From positions 270,806 through 334,805 of the forward strand of contig CAWJRG010000001.1 of the NCBI GenBank assembly GCA_963845185.1: a stretch of 64,000 nucleotides of DNA, written 5' to 3'. This document shows, one piece after another, positions 51,657 through 61,617 of the stretch. The notes beneath the pieces are model-generated. The model searched no databases. It worked only from the letters and a program-made list of their open reading frames with translations, and had not been told where the DNA came from. A program made the translations under genes and the position numbers. Source of the stretch: an uncultured bacterium (GTDB lineage Bacteria > Oederibacteriota > PGYV01 > CAWJRG01). Position 1 is the first letter of the stretch. Every line of letters begins with the position of its first letter.

Positions 51657-52676
51657 ATAAGTATATTTTTTATATATCCTTTCTTCATAACCACGATTTT
51701 CTTTGAGCATTTTAAATATTATTTCTGCCATGTGCCTTGCAACTGCTATTATTGCCTTGTTTGAACCTCTGCGGCTTTTTACGTTCAAGTATATTGATTT
51801 AAAATACAAAGAACTTCTTACCGCTGTCCAAGCTGCTTCTACAAACGCACATTTTAAATGTTTGTTTGCCTGCCTTATTATCGGACCTCTATGTATTGTT
51901 TTATTACTCGCATATTCGCTTGGAACCAATCCGGCATATGACGCTAATCGTTTTGCCTTAGAGAATCTATTTATATCAACTATTTCAAACGCCACTACCT
52001 TTGAAAGAACTTCTCCAAATCCAGGTACCGTCTTTATTATTTCCACATATCTATCTTTCCCTGTCATTTCTTTTGCAAGTTTTTCTGTTGCCTTTATTCC
52101 TGTATTAAGTTCGTCCACCAAATGCATCTCGAGGTTCAGCAATTCACGTTCGCTTTTTACCAGTTCGACTCTTTCTATTGTGTCCCTGCCTTTTTTCCCA
52201 AACAAATCGCTGTGTACGCTTGTATCTATATGGTTCCTTGTCAATAACTGGTGCACCCTATTTTTTACAGCTGTCCGTGTGCTCACCAGGAATTGCCTCT
52301 CTCTTAATATGTTCTTCTTAAGCCTTATTTCCTTCGACGGCACATATACTTCCGGTATTAAATTTGCTCTCAACAAATGGGCCAATATCTCCGAATCCCT
52401 TACATCGTTTTTTATCTGGCTTTCCGCTATCGCTCTCAGCTTCTGCGCATGCGCCAATTTTGTCTTTACGCCGAGTTCCTCCAAAAGGTCGTACACTACT
52501 CCCCAGCAGTACGTTGTCTCAATTACCGCTTCGCATTCCTCTCCAATCTCAGCCAGCATTTTCTTAAAATCCTCTGTCCTGTTTGAAAGAGCTCCTCTAA
52601 ATCTGACTTGACCTTCTTTTGTCACCGCTGTAACATAAGACACGTTCTTGTGCACGTCCACACCAAGATACAACAT
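51627..52676 (-). CDS. IS110-family transposase (recombinase)
   Basis: GVDVHK, IE, KNDVRD (DEDD RuvC-like); TVPGFG, SYAGLVPSEYAS, A.IAVAR. Confidence 0.95.
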   Translation of the reverse strand: MLYLGVDVHKNVSYVTAVTKEGQVRFRGALSNRTEDFKKMLAEIGEECEAVIETTYCWGVVYDLLEELGVKTKLAHAQKLRAIAESQIKNDVRDSEILAHLLRANLIPEVYVPSKEIRLKKNILRERQFLVSTRTAVKNRVHQLLTRNHIDTSVHSDLFGKKGRDTIERVELVKSERELLNLEMHLVDELNTGIKATEKLAKEMTGKDRYVEIIKTVPGFGEVLSKVVAFEIVDINRFSKAKRLASYAGLVPSEYASNKTIHRGPIIRQANKHLKCAFVEAAWTAVRSSLYFKSIYLNVKSRRGSNKAIIAVARHMAEIIFKMLKENRGYEERIYKKYTYRPLCFPLSQ

Positions 52677-52797
52677 ACGGCACCTCCTAGGTTTTTAATG
52701 TTGTGGGTGCTAACACACGCCACGTTACCATTATACCTGGGGGTGCCTTCTTTTCATATTACCTCTCCCATAAAGGCAGAGAGCATAACTTCCGGTT

Positions 52798-53391
52798 TTA
52801 TTTTAATTTTATCATTTTTTCTATGTATTTTCCTATAATATCAAACTCAATATTAACAATAGTCCCTATTTTATAGTACTTTATCACTGTGCTGTTTAAA
52901 GTCTCCGGGATTATGGAAACCTGAAAGCTGTTGCCCTTTACATTATATGCAGTAAGGCTTATGCCGTCGGCTGCAACCGAGCCTTTCTCAACCACATACC
53001 TGATAAATTCCCTTGGAAACGCGACTTCCAGTATCATATAGGCTGCTTTTTTTATAATCCTTCTTACTTTTCCGGTACAATCAATATGTCCCTGAACTAT
53101 GTGCCCGCTTAAAAGAGCGTCTGCGGTTAGTGGAAATTCTATATTTACCTTGTCCCCGTATTTCAGTATTTTTAAATTTGTTTTTTTTACAGTCTCTTCT
53201 GTCGCATCCGCAGAAAACTCTTTTTTTTCAGTAATTTTTGCCGCTGTAAGGCATGTCCCGTTTACCGCTATGCTCATACCAACGCACGGGTTTATTATTT
53301 CCTTATTCAGGGCAATACATATCCTTTTCTGCTTGTTCCCGTTGCTCATGCTTTTTATTGTGCCTGTATCGTATATTATACCGCTAAACAT
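52798..53391 (-). CDS. ribE: Riboflavin synthase (alpha chain)
   Basis: MFSGII, SIAVNGTCLT, GHIVQGHID, KGSVA.DGISLT. Confidence 0.95.
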   Translation of the reverse strand: MFSGIIYDTGTIKSMSNGNKQKRICIALNKEIINPCVGMSIAVNGTCLTAAKITEKKEFSADATEETVKKTNLKILKYGDKVNIEFPLTADALLSGHIVQGHIDCTGKVRRIIKKAAYMILEVAFPREFIRYVVEKGSVAADGISLTAYNVKGNSFQVSIIPETLNSTVIKYYKIGTIVNIEFDIIGKYIEKMIKLK

Positions 53392-54472
53392 ATTTTAATT
53401 TTCCCTTTATCAAAATGTCGCTTCCGATCTTTTGTGTCTCTACATCCGCCAATTTATAGACTTTTTTTAGGTTCTTTATTCCCAGCGGTCCTACAAAAGG
53501 TATTCCATCGTTGCCTATTATTTTATTCGCAATATAAAAATTGGCCTCATCCGCATACTCTGACCTTAAAAAAGAAGTGTGCACTTTGCTGCCGCCCTCT
53601 ATGAGAATACTCCGGATCCCTTTTTCCCACAAAGTATTTATGACAAAATCTTCGGTTATCTTCCTGTTCCTAGTGTAAATTATATTAATTCCTTTTTTAG
53701 CTAGCATCATTGCCTTGCTTTTATGCATTGATGCTGTAAAAATATAAATATCCTGTGGCAGCGCATATCTAAAAATATTTGCGTCAGGGCTTATCCTGCC
53801 CTTTGTGTCAAGTATTACTTTTTTTATCTTTTTCTCGCGGTCTATCCTACAGTCAAGGTATGGATTGTCCTTTTTTATTGTGTTTGTTCCGGTAAGTATT
53901 GCGTCCACTTCCCTACGCAGGAGCTGGTCGTGCATCCTGGACTCTTCGCTTGTTATCCATTTTGACGTTCCGTCTGCTAGAGCTATTTTCCCGTCGATTG
54001 ATATACCGGCTTTTAATATCATGTATGGTTTTCTCTTTAAGTGGTTTTTAATAAATATTCTGTTGAGTTTTTCAGCATCTTTTTTCAACAGGCCTACGTC
54101 CACTTTTATTCCGTGCTTACGCAATTTCGCTATGCCTTTTCCGTTTACTATCGGGTTCGGATCCTGCATGGCGGCGACAACCCTTTTTATGCCGTACTTT
54201 ATTATTTTTGCCGTGCACGGAGGCGTTTTACCAAAATGGTCGCACGGCTCAATGTTTATATACAAAGTCGCTCCTTTTGCGCCATACCTGATTTTTTTCA
54301 GGGCTTCTGCTTCAGCATGCAGCCACCCTGCCCTTTTGTGATAGCCTGTGCTTATAATGCGATTGTTTTTGACGATAACGCACCCGACGAGCGGGTTTGG
54401 CGAGGTATGGCCTATTGCTTTTTTTGCCAGTTCTATTGCTCTTTGCATATAATAAATATCTTTTTCTTGCAT
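53384..54472 (-). CDS. ribD: Riboflavin deaminase/reductase
   Basis: PNPLVG, HAE, EPC.H.GKTPPC, SKWIT, IEGG. Confidence 0.96.
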   Translation of the reverse strand: MQEKDIYYMQRAIELAKKAIGHTSPNPLVGCVIVKNNRIISTGYHKRAGWLHAEAEALKKIRYGAKGATLYINIEPCDHFGKTPPCTAKIIKYGIKRVVAAMQDPNPIVNGKGIAKLRKHGIKVDVGLLKKDAEKLNRIFIKNHLKRKPYMILKAGISIDGKIALADGTSKWITSEESRMHDQLLRREVDAILTGTNTIKKDNPYLDCRIDREKKIKKVILDTKGRISPDANIFRYALPQDIYIFTASMHKSKAMMLAKKGINIIYTRNRKITEDFVINTLWEKGIRSILIEGGSKVHTSFLRSEYADEANFYIANKIIGNDGIPFVGPLGIKNLKKVYKLADVETQKIGSDILIKGKLKYV

Positions 54473-54795
54473 AATTCCCTCGTTTTTATAATTAAGATTG
54501 TGTCGAATTAGGTATGAGGATCAAATACCAATATTATTATATCATATAATTAACATTGCTATCTACTAAAAAACAGAAACATCTTTGATAAATATATAAA
54601 AAATTTATCTTATTCACAAAATTTTAAATTTTCTCTTTACAATATTAGTCTAAAAATCATTTAACAACTATATTGTCTTATAAAAAAATTTAATATCAAT
54701 TTTTTCTTCATTATTTTGAAATTAACATATAAATGTGATCATTAGGAGTTATTATTATTCAGATTTAACAGGTTATAATTTTATTTATCTTCTTT

Positions 54796-55245
54796 TTATT
54801 TTCTCTTTTTTCCCTGCAATGATTTTTTCCATTTCTTATAATTATTCTTGATTTTTTGTTTTTCTTTAGGCGACATTTCTTTCCACCTATTATAATTTTG
54901 TCTTACTTTTTCTTTTTCTTCCGGCGTCAACTTTTTCCAGCTTTCGTTCGCTTTTATTATTTTTTGCTTTTTTTCAGGTGGCATACTTCTAAATCTTTTA
55001 TATTTATCTAAAATTTCTTTTCTTTTTTTAGGTGGAATTTTTTTCCATTTTTTATGAACCTCGCGTACACGCTGCTTTTCTTCGGGCGATAAATTTTTCC
55101 ATTTTTCAAGAGATTTTTTATACTCTTCTTTATCGTCCGCCCCGTAGGGGGGTGCTTGCTGGGCTTTTATAAAAGACATGCCTAAAATAAAAAATATTAT
55201 TGTCGTAAATAATATAATTCCTTTTGTATTCCTATTCATCGTCAT
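54796..55245 (-). CDS. DUF3106-like exported protein
   Basis: Signal/TM then repeated W..L.PEEK..+ units; ECF operon context. Confidence 0.7.
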   Translation of the reverse strand: MTMNRNTKGIILFTTIIFFILGMSFIKAQQAPPYGADDKEEYKKSLEKWKNLSPEEKQRVREVHKKWKKIPPKKRKEILDKYKRFRSMPPEKKQKIIKANESWKKLTPEEKEKVRQNYNRWKEMSPKEKQKIKNNYKKWKKSLQGKKRK

Positions 55246-55493
55246 TCTCCATTCACAACTGTACTATTATTTTCATTTACATAAGAATTATAATTTTCAA
55301 AAAAATCTAGCTGCAGAATCAGTTCGTAGTTTTCAAATAAGTCCAGATTCCCAATTATTTCCTGCTCGTCTTTTTCAGATATGGATGATATATCAGTTTC
55401 CGTGCCTCCCTTTTCATTCTCGCTTGTTTCCGCAAAAATACCCAAGCTGAAAATTAAAACAAAGCCTGATATTAAAAAAAATATTCTTTCCAT
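55242..55493 (-). CDS. Small acidic exported/membrane protein
   Basis: Hydrophobic N-terminus; I..NLDLFEN.ELI..LD motif also present in the anti-sigma C-terminus. Confidence 0.55.
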   Translation of the reverse strand: MERIFFLISGFVLIFSLGIFAETSENEKGGTETDISSISEKDEQEIIGNLDLFENYELILQLDFFENYNSYVNENNSTVVNGE

Positions 55494-55495
55494 TA

Positions 55496-55951
55496 TTACG
55501 TATTGTCCCCGTTATCAGCAATATGTTCCAGAATCTCAAGTTCCTCAATAACATCGATATTTTGAAACATGTCAAGATTTTTAACTATTTCTTTTTCATA
55601 CATAATATGCCTGATATAAGCAAAAGCGCTGACTCCTATAAAAAATAATATAATAAAAGTGTAGCCCAACCTGCGTATCACAATATTTGATCGTAACAAT
55701 TCCAAGAGACCTTTTTTTTCGGTTTCAAGTTTTTTCATTACAATCTGCCGTTGAATATGCCAGACGTCTTCAGAAAAATCAACTTTCATATCTTGAAAAA
55801 GAGATATTATTTTCCTTTGTTCCTCAACTACAAGCCTACATTTTTCACATGAATTAATATGTGCTTCAAATTCAGCTTTTAAGGTTTCTGGCATTTCATT
55901 ATAAACATATTCTGTCAGTTTTTCCTCTGTTGATTTGCACTTTTCATCCAT
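55496..55951 (-). CDS. Zinc-finger (zf-HC2) anti-sigma factor
   Basis: HINSCEKC (HxxxCxxC), single TM, follows ECF sigma. Confidence 0.85.
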   Translation of the reverse strand: MDEKCKSTEEKLTEYVYNEMPETLKAEFEAHINSCEKCRLVVEEQRKIISLFQDMKVDFSEDVWHIQRQIVMKKLETEKKGLLELLRSNIVIRRLGYTFIILFFIGVSAFAYIRHIMYEKEIVKNLDMFQNIDVIEELEILEHIADNGDNT

Positions 55952-56516
55952 TGTTTCTTCCTCTTATTTTTATTTTTATTTTTTCCATTGCCCTGCTTAA
56001 ATGCGATTTCACCGTACCGTCTGATATATTAAAAAAATTTGCGATTTCTTTTATCGCTAATCCTTCCATATTTTTTAATACAAATACTTGCTTTTGGATA
56101 TTGGTCAATTCCACCATCGCCTTCTTAATATCATCTTTTAAAAACTTTCTTTCGGCATCTTCCTCAATATTAATAAGATCTTTTATCTCAAACTTATTTT
56201 CCTCGTTTTCACCAGCAGTTTCCGACAAAAGTATCGACTTATCGTGGTGTTTGTCCCTTCTCTTAAAGTCATAAAATGTATTCATCACAACCCTATAAAG
56301 GTATGTTGTAAAAGAACTTTCTTCTCTGAATTGATTGATATTTTTTACCAACTTTACAAAAACTTCCTGCGATATATCCCATGCTTTATCGTAATCCATT
56401 ACCAGTCCATAAGCTATGTTATAAACTCTTTTTTGATGTTTTTTTATTAACTCCTCTATTACTTCTTTTTTCCCTTGCTTTATATCACTGATTAAATCTT
56501 TGTCTTCTTTTTCCAT
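55944..56516 (-). CDS. ECF sigma factor
   Basis: D.SQEVF, SSFTTYLYR, EIA....S.GTVKSHLSRA. Confidence 0.92.
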   Translation of the reverse strand: MEKEDKDLISDIKQGKKEVIEELIKKHQKRVYNIAYGLVMDYDKAWDISQEVFVKLVKNINQFREESSFTTYLYRVVMNTFYDFKRRDKHHDKSILLSETAGENEENKFEIKDLINIEEDAERKFLKDDIKKAMVELTNIQKQVFVLKNMEGLAIKEIANFFNISDGTVKSHLSRAMEKIKIKIRGRNNG

Positions 56517-56530
56517 CCTGCTTTTCCTTT

Positions 56531-56560
56531 TAGACGCAAATAAACGTCGCTTGGTTTACA
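56531..56560 (-). promoter_or_regulatory. Probable autoregulatory ECF promoter
   Basis: TGTAAAC-17-CGTCTA just upstream of the sigma gene. Confidence 0.55.
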
Positions 56561-56605
56561 ATTCTATTTCATAATATTTATTTAAAAAGTAACGCTTCGA
56601 ATAGG

Positions 56606-57052
56606 CTATCTTTTCCACATTAAAATTGCAACTTCAGTATTTTCATAGTATTTCTCGCGTTTCCCTTCCACTAAAAAACCTGCCTTTTTATATAATTTCA
56701 AAGCTGCTTCGTTGCTTTGCCTGACTTCCAAAGTGAGAGAATTAATACCGGTTTCTTCTGTCTTTTGTATAAGTTCTTCCAATAAAGTTGTTCCAATTCC
56801 CCTTTTTCGGTATTTGCTTTTGACAGCAATATTTGAGATGTGGGCAAAATCTGTTATTAAATCCGCCATAATATAACCTACAACTTCCGATGTTTCGATG
56901 TCTTGCGCCACAAGAAATATATTGGTGCCCTCTTTATTTTTTGAAATTTCTATCTTAAATGCCTCAATTCCCCACGGCCTCGGATAAGATTCTTTCTCAA
57001 TCTCCAATATCTCCAGCAAATCTTTATCTTGTGCTATTTTTATCTGAAGCAT
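56606..57052 (-). CDS. rimI: Ribosomal-protein-alanine N-acetyltransferase (GNAT)
   Basis: NIAV...R.RGIG, LEVRQSN..A..LY...GF, R.KYY. Confidence 0.85.
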   Translation of the reverse strand: MLQIKIAQDKDLLEILEIEKESYPRPWGIEAFKIEISKNKEGTNIFLVAQDIETSEVVGYIMADLITDFAHISNIAVKSKYRKRGIGTTLLEELIQKTEETGINSLTLEVRQSNEAALKLYKKAGFLVEGKREKYYENTEVAILMWKR

Positions 57053-57094
57053 TAAACTCTTCCCTTTTGCTGTTATTACTTCTTTCCTTGGATA

Positions 57095-57868
57095 CTAAAC
57101 TTTATATACTTTCCCTTCTTCCATTATCCTGATATTATAGCCTTTTATTGATTTAATCTCTTTTTTAATCTGTATTAGATATTCAGGTTTTATGTGCATA
57201 ATAAATATTTTGGGTTTAACTTTAGTACCCAACTTTTTAAGCTCGCTTGCCATAGTCTGAGGAACTAAATGGCCGCTGTTTTTAGCTAATTTTAAAAGTC
57301 CGTTTGGATAAGCCACTTCAATCAGTATACTTTTCAGTTTGTTTCCAAGTTTCTTTGCTTCCTTCCAGATTGCCGTAGTTTGCTTCGTATCGCCTGTATA
57401 AAGCATATAATGGTTATTTTTTCCGATGATAAAACCATCAGCGGGTATTGTGTGCAGCACCGATACGGGTTTAACCATGTATCCGCCGATTCTATTCCAA
57501 AAATTATGCTTCATTTTAGTATATTTAAAAATACTATTGCCGCTAAAATTTTTGATCTTGGTGAAATCCGGCCATATTGTACCATTCATAAGATGCCTTG
57601 CAATTGCATTCACAGTAAAACCTGTGCCTGTAATCTCTACGGTTTTGGATTTGCTGCTTACAATATTCACCGCATAAAACGGTATCGCACCGATATGGTC
57701 GAGATGCGGATGTGAAATAAAAATAGTCCTGATCTTTTGCTGCTCTTTTATATTAAGCTTCAATGCTATTGTACCTGCGTCAATCAGCGTATCACCGTCC
57801 AGCAGATATCCGCTGGTATTGCATCCGGGCAACTGACCTCCATAACAGCCTAAAACTTTTATCTTCAT
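57095..57868 (-). CDS. 3',5'-cyclic nucleotide phosphodiesterase (metallo-beta-lactamase fold)
   Basis: VLGCYGG, LIDAGT, SHPHLDH, N..IWPDF, YTGDT, HL.P, H.KP. Confidence 0.82.
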   Translation of the reverse strand: MKIKVLGCYGGQLPGCNTSGYLLDGDTLIDAGTIALKLNIKEQQKIRTIFISHPHLDHIGAIPFYAVNIVSSKSKTVEITGTGFTVNAIARHLMNGTIWPDFTKIKNFSGNSIFKYTKMKHNFWNRIGGYMVKPVSVLHTIPADGFIIGKNNHYMLYTGDTKQTTAIWKEAKKLGNKLKSILIEVAYPNGLLKLAKNSGHLVPQTMASELKKLGTKVKPKIFIMHIKPEYLIQIKKEIKSIKGYNIRIMEEGKVYKV

Positions 57869-57879
57869 TTATTTCCTCC

Positions 57880-59589
57880 TCATCTAGTGCCAAGTATGTT
57901 AAAAAATATGTTTTTGCTCTCGGCATCGGCTATCTTTTGAAATTTGGTTAAATTAATATAATTTTGTATGTCTTTTTCAGGTACTATTATATATTTTTTT
58001 CTTTCCATTGTTTCCATTCCTTCCTTTAAATAATAATTTTTATCTAAAAATATTATATCCCGGTTATATTCAAATATATATATTTCCGAATCATTTAATA
58101 AAATATTAAAATTAAATTCCACAAGGCTGTTTTTTATTTCAAAAAGCATATCAATAAGAGCCGTTAAGTCTTTGCTTTCCCCAAAGGAAACAATGCTGAT
58201 TTCATTGCTGCTATTTATCTTAATCAATATATCTTGTTGTTTATTATATATTATTTCTTCTATTTTTTCAAAAACTTTCTTTATATTTTGGGGGCTTGAC
58301 AAAAAATTCATATCAAAAAACAAATAAATAGCAAAAGCTCTTATCCATGTGTCTTTTATTTTAATATCCCTGTTTTTTAATATAAAATGTTCAAGAGCAT
58401 CTTTTCTCATAAACCTGGAAAATACTGCTTTTCTTTCCTTTAACAATAATAATTCATTTGAAATCCTATAAAAATATATAATAAAAAATGCCATTACATT
58501 TACCGCGGATATCACTGAAAAATCAAGATAAAAATTATCTGTTAAAAGTCGCGATACTACAATACCTGTAATTAACTCAATCAAAGCCGCTAATATGATA
58601 GCAAAAGAAAAGCCAAGGTTTCTGTATGCTAACCAAAAAATTAATAAAGATATAAAGGCAATAATAAAATTCAAATTGGGGCTATATCGTATATATGTCT
58701 GTTTTAAAATGCTTTCGCCAGCCATGCCCAAGCCCAGCATTGTATCCATTGTATTTTCCCGATCGTTTATTATAATTATTTTGTCTGTTGTGTCTTCCTT
58801 CCCAAGCGCAAGAAACTCTTTAAAACTATATACTTTAGGTTGTTTAATTAGCCGATGAATTAAAATTTCACCATTATTTAGAAGAGGTAATGATATTATA
58901 TTGCTTATTTTCAATTCTCCCCTATCGAACTTTATTTGAGTTTTTGGAAATCTGTAATATTTCCTTATTGCCTCAATTATTGGGTTTACAAATACCGTTC
59001 CTCTATATTTAAATAGAATAGGCATTTTATAGGGATAATGATTATCTTCTTTGTAAAACCCCATATTTTGTATAGCCATAAACAACTTGCTGTTATTTGC
59101 CCTTACATAATGATAATCGTACTTATTCAAATCTAAATTAATCTTCCTGCTGTCAAAATAGCCAAATGATTCTATTCCATCCGTAAAACTATTTTGCCTG
59201 TCATTGGTTAAATAAACAACCGGCAAAATATTCTGTGCTTCTATCACTTTTAATATGACTTCCTTGTAATCTTCCTTTATTTTTTTTAGATATTCCAAGT
59301 TTACTTCATCCAGATAGTTTTGGGTTTTCATGCAGAATATTTGCGGCAATAATATGGCTACCGAGTTATTGCTTTCTTTTATTTTATCAATTAAATCATC
59401 GTAATCTTTTAATGAAAAATTATCGTTTACAAACAATATATCATCGGTCTTTATCTTTTGCTGCATAATTTTTTCAAACTGTGTTAATGTAGAAAATTCC
59501 AGTTGTTCGTTGTATTTTATATAAAAAAATAAGAAAATCGCTAAAATCAGAATGCATGCCGCAACAACCTTTGTTTTTACTTTATTCAA
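57880..59589 (-). CDS. CHASE2-like membrane protein with degenerate cyclase-like tail
   Basis: N-terminal TM, extracytoplasmic domain, three TMs, then ERKAVFSRFM linker; catalytic motifs not recognisable. Confidence 0.5.
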   Translation of the reverse strand: MNKVKTKVVAACILILAIFLFFYIKYNEQLEFSTLTQFEKIMQQKIKTDDILFVNDNFSLKDYDDLIDKIKESNNSVAILLPQIFCMKTQNYLDEVNLEYLKKIKEDYKEVILKVIEAQNILPVVYLTNDRQNSFTDGIESFGYFDSRKINLDLNKYDYHYVRANNSKLFMAIQNMGFYKEDNHYPYKMPILFKYRGTVFVNPIIEAIRKYYRFPKTQIKFDRGELKISNIISLPLLNNGEILIHRLIKQPKVYSFKEFLALGKEDTTDKIIIINDRENTMDTMLGLGMAGESILKQTYIRYSPNLNFIIAFISLLIFWLAYRNLGFSFAIILAALIELITGIVVSRLLTDNFYLDFSVISAVNVMAFFIIYFYRISNELLLLKERKAVFSRFMRKDALEHFILKNRDIKIKDTWIRAFAIYLFFDMNFLSSPQNIKKVFEKIEEIIYNKQQDILIKINSSNEISIVSFGESKDLTALIDMLFEIKNSLVEFNFNILLNDSEIYIFEYNRDIIFLDKNYYLKEGMETMERKKYIIVPEKDIQNYINLTKFQKIADAESKNIFFNILGTR

Positions 59590-60230
59590 TCTTCACCGAA
59601 TGCTTTTTTCATTTCAAGAAATTGTCTGTATCTTTCAAGGTTGTCAAGGCTCGAAAGGGTTATTGTAGTGCCATCTGACTTGATAACCCTTGCTTTTTCC
59701 ATGGAAGATAAAATCTGCATGAGTTTTTCTTTGCTTTCTTCCATGCTTGCCATCTGGATGAGGTCGCTTATTTTGAAAGGTATGTTTTCTCCGTTCTTGT
59801 GTACATGCATCATTAAGGTATTCACAACCCTCATATTGTTGTCCTTTATTGTCAAATTTTTAATAGTCTCGTCTGCCGCACGCAGTCTCGCGCTCATATT
59901 CTTCAATATTTTTTTTACTATTTTTGCATTTCGTTGCATTTGTTGGTCAAAAAGTTCCTCATTTAGAACTATGCAAGTTGTATCTTCCGCTGCTATGGCT
60001 GAAGCTGATCTTGGTTCCTTGTCTATTACAGCCATTTCTCCGAAAAAATCGCCGGCAGAAAGCACAACAAGAATTTTTTCGCCTTCATCTGTTTTTTTGG
60101 TTATTTTAACCTTGCCTTTATGAATAATATACATTTGCTCCCCTAGATCCCCTTCTTTAAAAATTGTATACCCGGCAGGATACCTTTTCCCATATTGGTT
60201 AATTACATCATCTTCTGTTACCATGTGCAA
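59586..60230 (-). CDS. Crp/Fnr family cyclic-nucleotide-binding protein
   Basis: IFKEGD, G.VKI, GDFFGEMA.....RSASA. Confidence 0.88.
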   Translation of the reverse strand: MHMVTEDDVINQYGKRYPAGYTIFKEGDLGEQMYIIHKGKVKITKKTDEGEKILVVLSAGDFFGEMAVIDKEPRSASAIAAEDTTCIVLNEELFDQQMQRNAKIVKKILKNMSARLRAADETIKNLTIKDNNMRVVNTLMMHVHKNGENIPFKISDLIQMASMEESKEKLMQILSSMEKARVIKSDGTTITLSSLDNLERYRQFLEMKKAFGED

Positions 60231-60342
60231 CCTCCTTAATCTACTCTGACAATTTCTTTTATCATAATAATAATACCATAATTAAAAATATGTGTAAATA
60301 TATTAATGTTTTTGCTTGTTATTCCTGCCTTGAATTAAATCA

Positions 60343-60431
60343 TGGCGGAGAGAGCAGGATTCGAACCTGCGGTCCCCAAAGGGGACAACTGATTTCGAGT
60401 CAGCCGCTTTCGACCACTCAGCCATCTCTCC
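60343..60431 (-). tRNA. tRNA-Ser(CGA)
   Basis: GGAGAGA acceptor stem, anticodon loop CTCGAAA, long variable arm, GTTCGAATC, encoded CCA. Confidence 0.95.
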
Positions 60432-60789
60432 GTTAAATTAGGTTATGCAGTTAATTCTTGCTCCCATAAGTAAAATTCCTTCTTTTCGAGTATAAATTCA
60501 CGGGTTTGACCTTATTATAACTTTGTCTAAATATAACATTATATTGCAGTTTTTTAAAGAAAAATTTATTTCTGTATTAAAAAATAAAAGACACCCCTTT
60601 GTTTTATTCAGTAAATGCAAATTTCGGTCAAAAGGACCAAGGTTTTCGTTTCATGAGGACCAAACAATTCGTTTTAAAAGAACCACGCAACATCCAAGCT
60701 TAATCCAATGTGAATAATAGCTTAAAATTTTGCTTCTTTCAAGCTTTTTATCTGTCCGGAAATCTGAAAAATCCGCTTAAGGCGTCCAC

Positions 60790-61617
60790 TCACTCTTTGT
60801 GTTCGTGTTTGTGATGTAAATGCTGATGCGGATGTACGTGCATTGTAGTACCATCCGCATGCTTATGTCCATGTGCATGAACGAGATTGTTTTCTTCCAA
60901 CAATTTAAAGTTATTCAAAAGTACGTCAGGTTTACCTTCGGCAGCTATGTTACCATGCCTTGATAGAATTATCACTCTGTCAGATATCTCCTCAACTATA
61001 TGAAGGTCGTGTGTTGCTGTTATTATTGTTTTTCCTTCCGTGGAAGCCTTGGCTAGTATGTCCACTATATGTCGAGTAGTGAGCGGGTCAAGCCCAGCTG
61101 TTGGCTCATCAAGAAGCATGACATCCGGGTTAATCACCAGCACCGTGGCTAACGCCACTTTCTTTTTTTCGCCTATGCTTAAACGATGCGGCGGCCTGTC
61201 GAGCAGTTCTGTTATACCGAGTTCTGCTGCTGTTTCTTCCGTTTGTTTCCGGACTTCTTCAGCAGGCATTCCCATACAGAGCGGACCAAAAGCTATATCT
61301 TCTCTCACGGTAGGGCAGAAAAGTTGTACTTCGGGATTTTGGAATACAAAACCTGTTTTTGCCCTGAAAAATTTTACAAAATCCATGTCGTTAAACGCTG
61401 CTTCTGAAAGTTCTCTATCGAAAGAAACAATTGTTCCACTACTCGGATAAATAAGACCATTCAGCATAGTAAGTAAAGTTGACTTCCCCGATCCGTTTGC
61501 GCCTATTAGCGCTATACGTTCACCTTTTTTTATATCAAGACGGATGCCTGCTAGGGCTGGCACTTTACCAGGATAAGTATACTCAATATTTTTTAGTTCA
61601 AAAATATTTTCATTCAT
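60790..61617 (-). CDS. cbiO: ECF transporter ATPase (NikO/CbiO) with His-rich tail
   Basis: GANGSGKST, FQNP..QLF, DEPTAGLD, THD. Confidence 0.9.
   Translation of the reverse strand: MNENIFELKNIEYTYPGKVPALAGIRLDIKKGERIALIGANGSGKSTLLTMLNGLIYPSSGTIVSFDRELSEAAFNDMDFVKFFRAKTGFVFQNPEVQLFCPTVREDIAFGPLCMGMPAEEVRKQTEETAAELGITELLDRPPHRLSIGEKKKVALATVLVINPDVMLLDEPTAGLDPLTTRHIVDILAKASTEGKTIITATHDLHIVEEISDRVIILSRHGNIAAEGKPDVLLNNFKLLEENNLVHAHGHKHADGTTMHVHPHQHLHHKHEHKE

Larger units (their letters stand above)
51486..52767 (-). mobile_element. IS110-family (IS1111-type) insertion sequence, about 1.28 kb
   Basis: Transposase; GAGA core at both junctions (52767-52764, 51489-51486); subterminal IRs TGAAAAG/CTTTTCA; TTGACA in the right end. 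Confidence 0.75.

Noticed and set aside
54473..54795. FMN riboswitch upstream of ribD
   Set aside because: Very AT-rich, no RFN conserved motifs visible
60230..60343. Integrated element at tRNA-Ser
   Set aside because: No integrase and no duplicated tRNA 3' end noticed in the window
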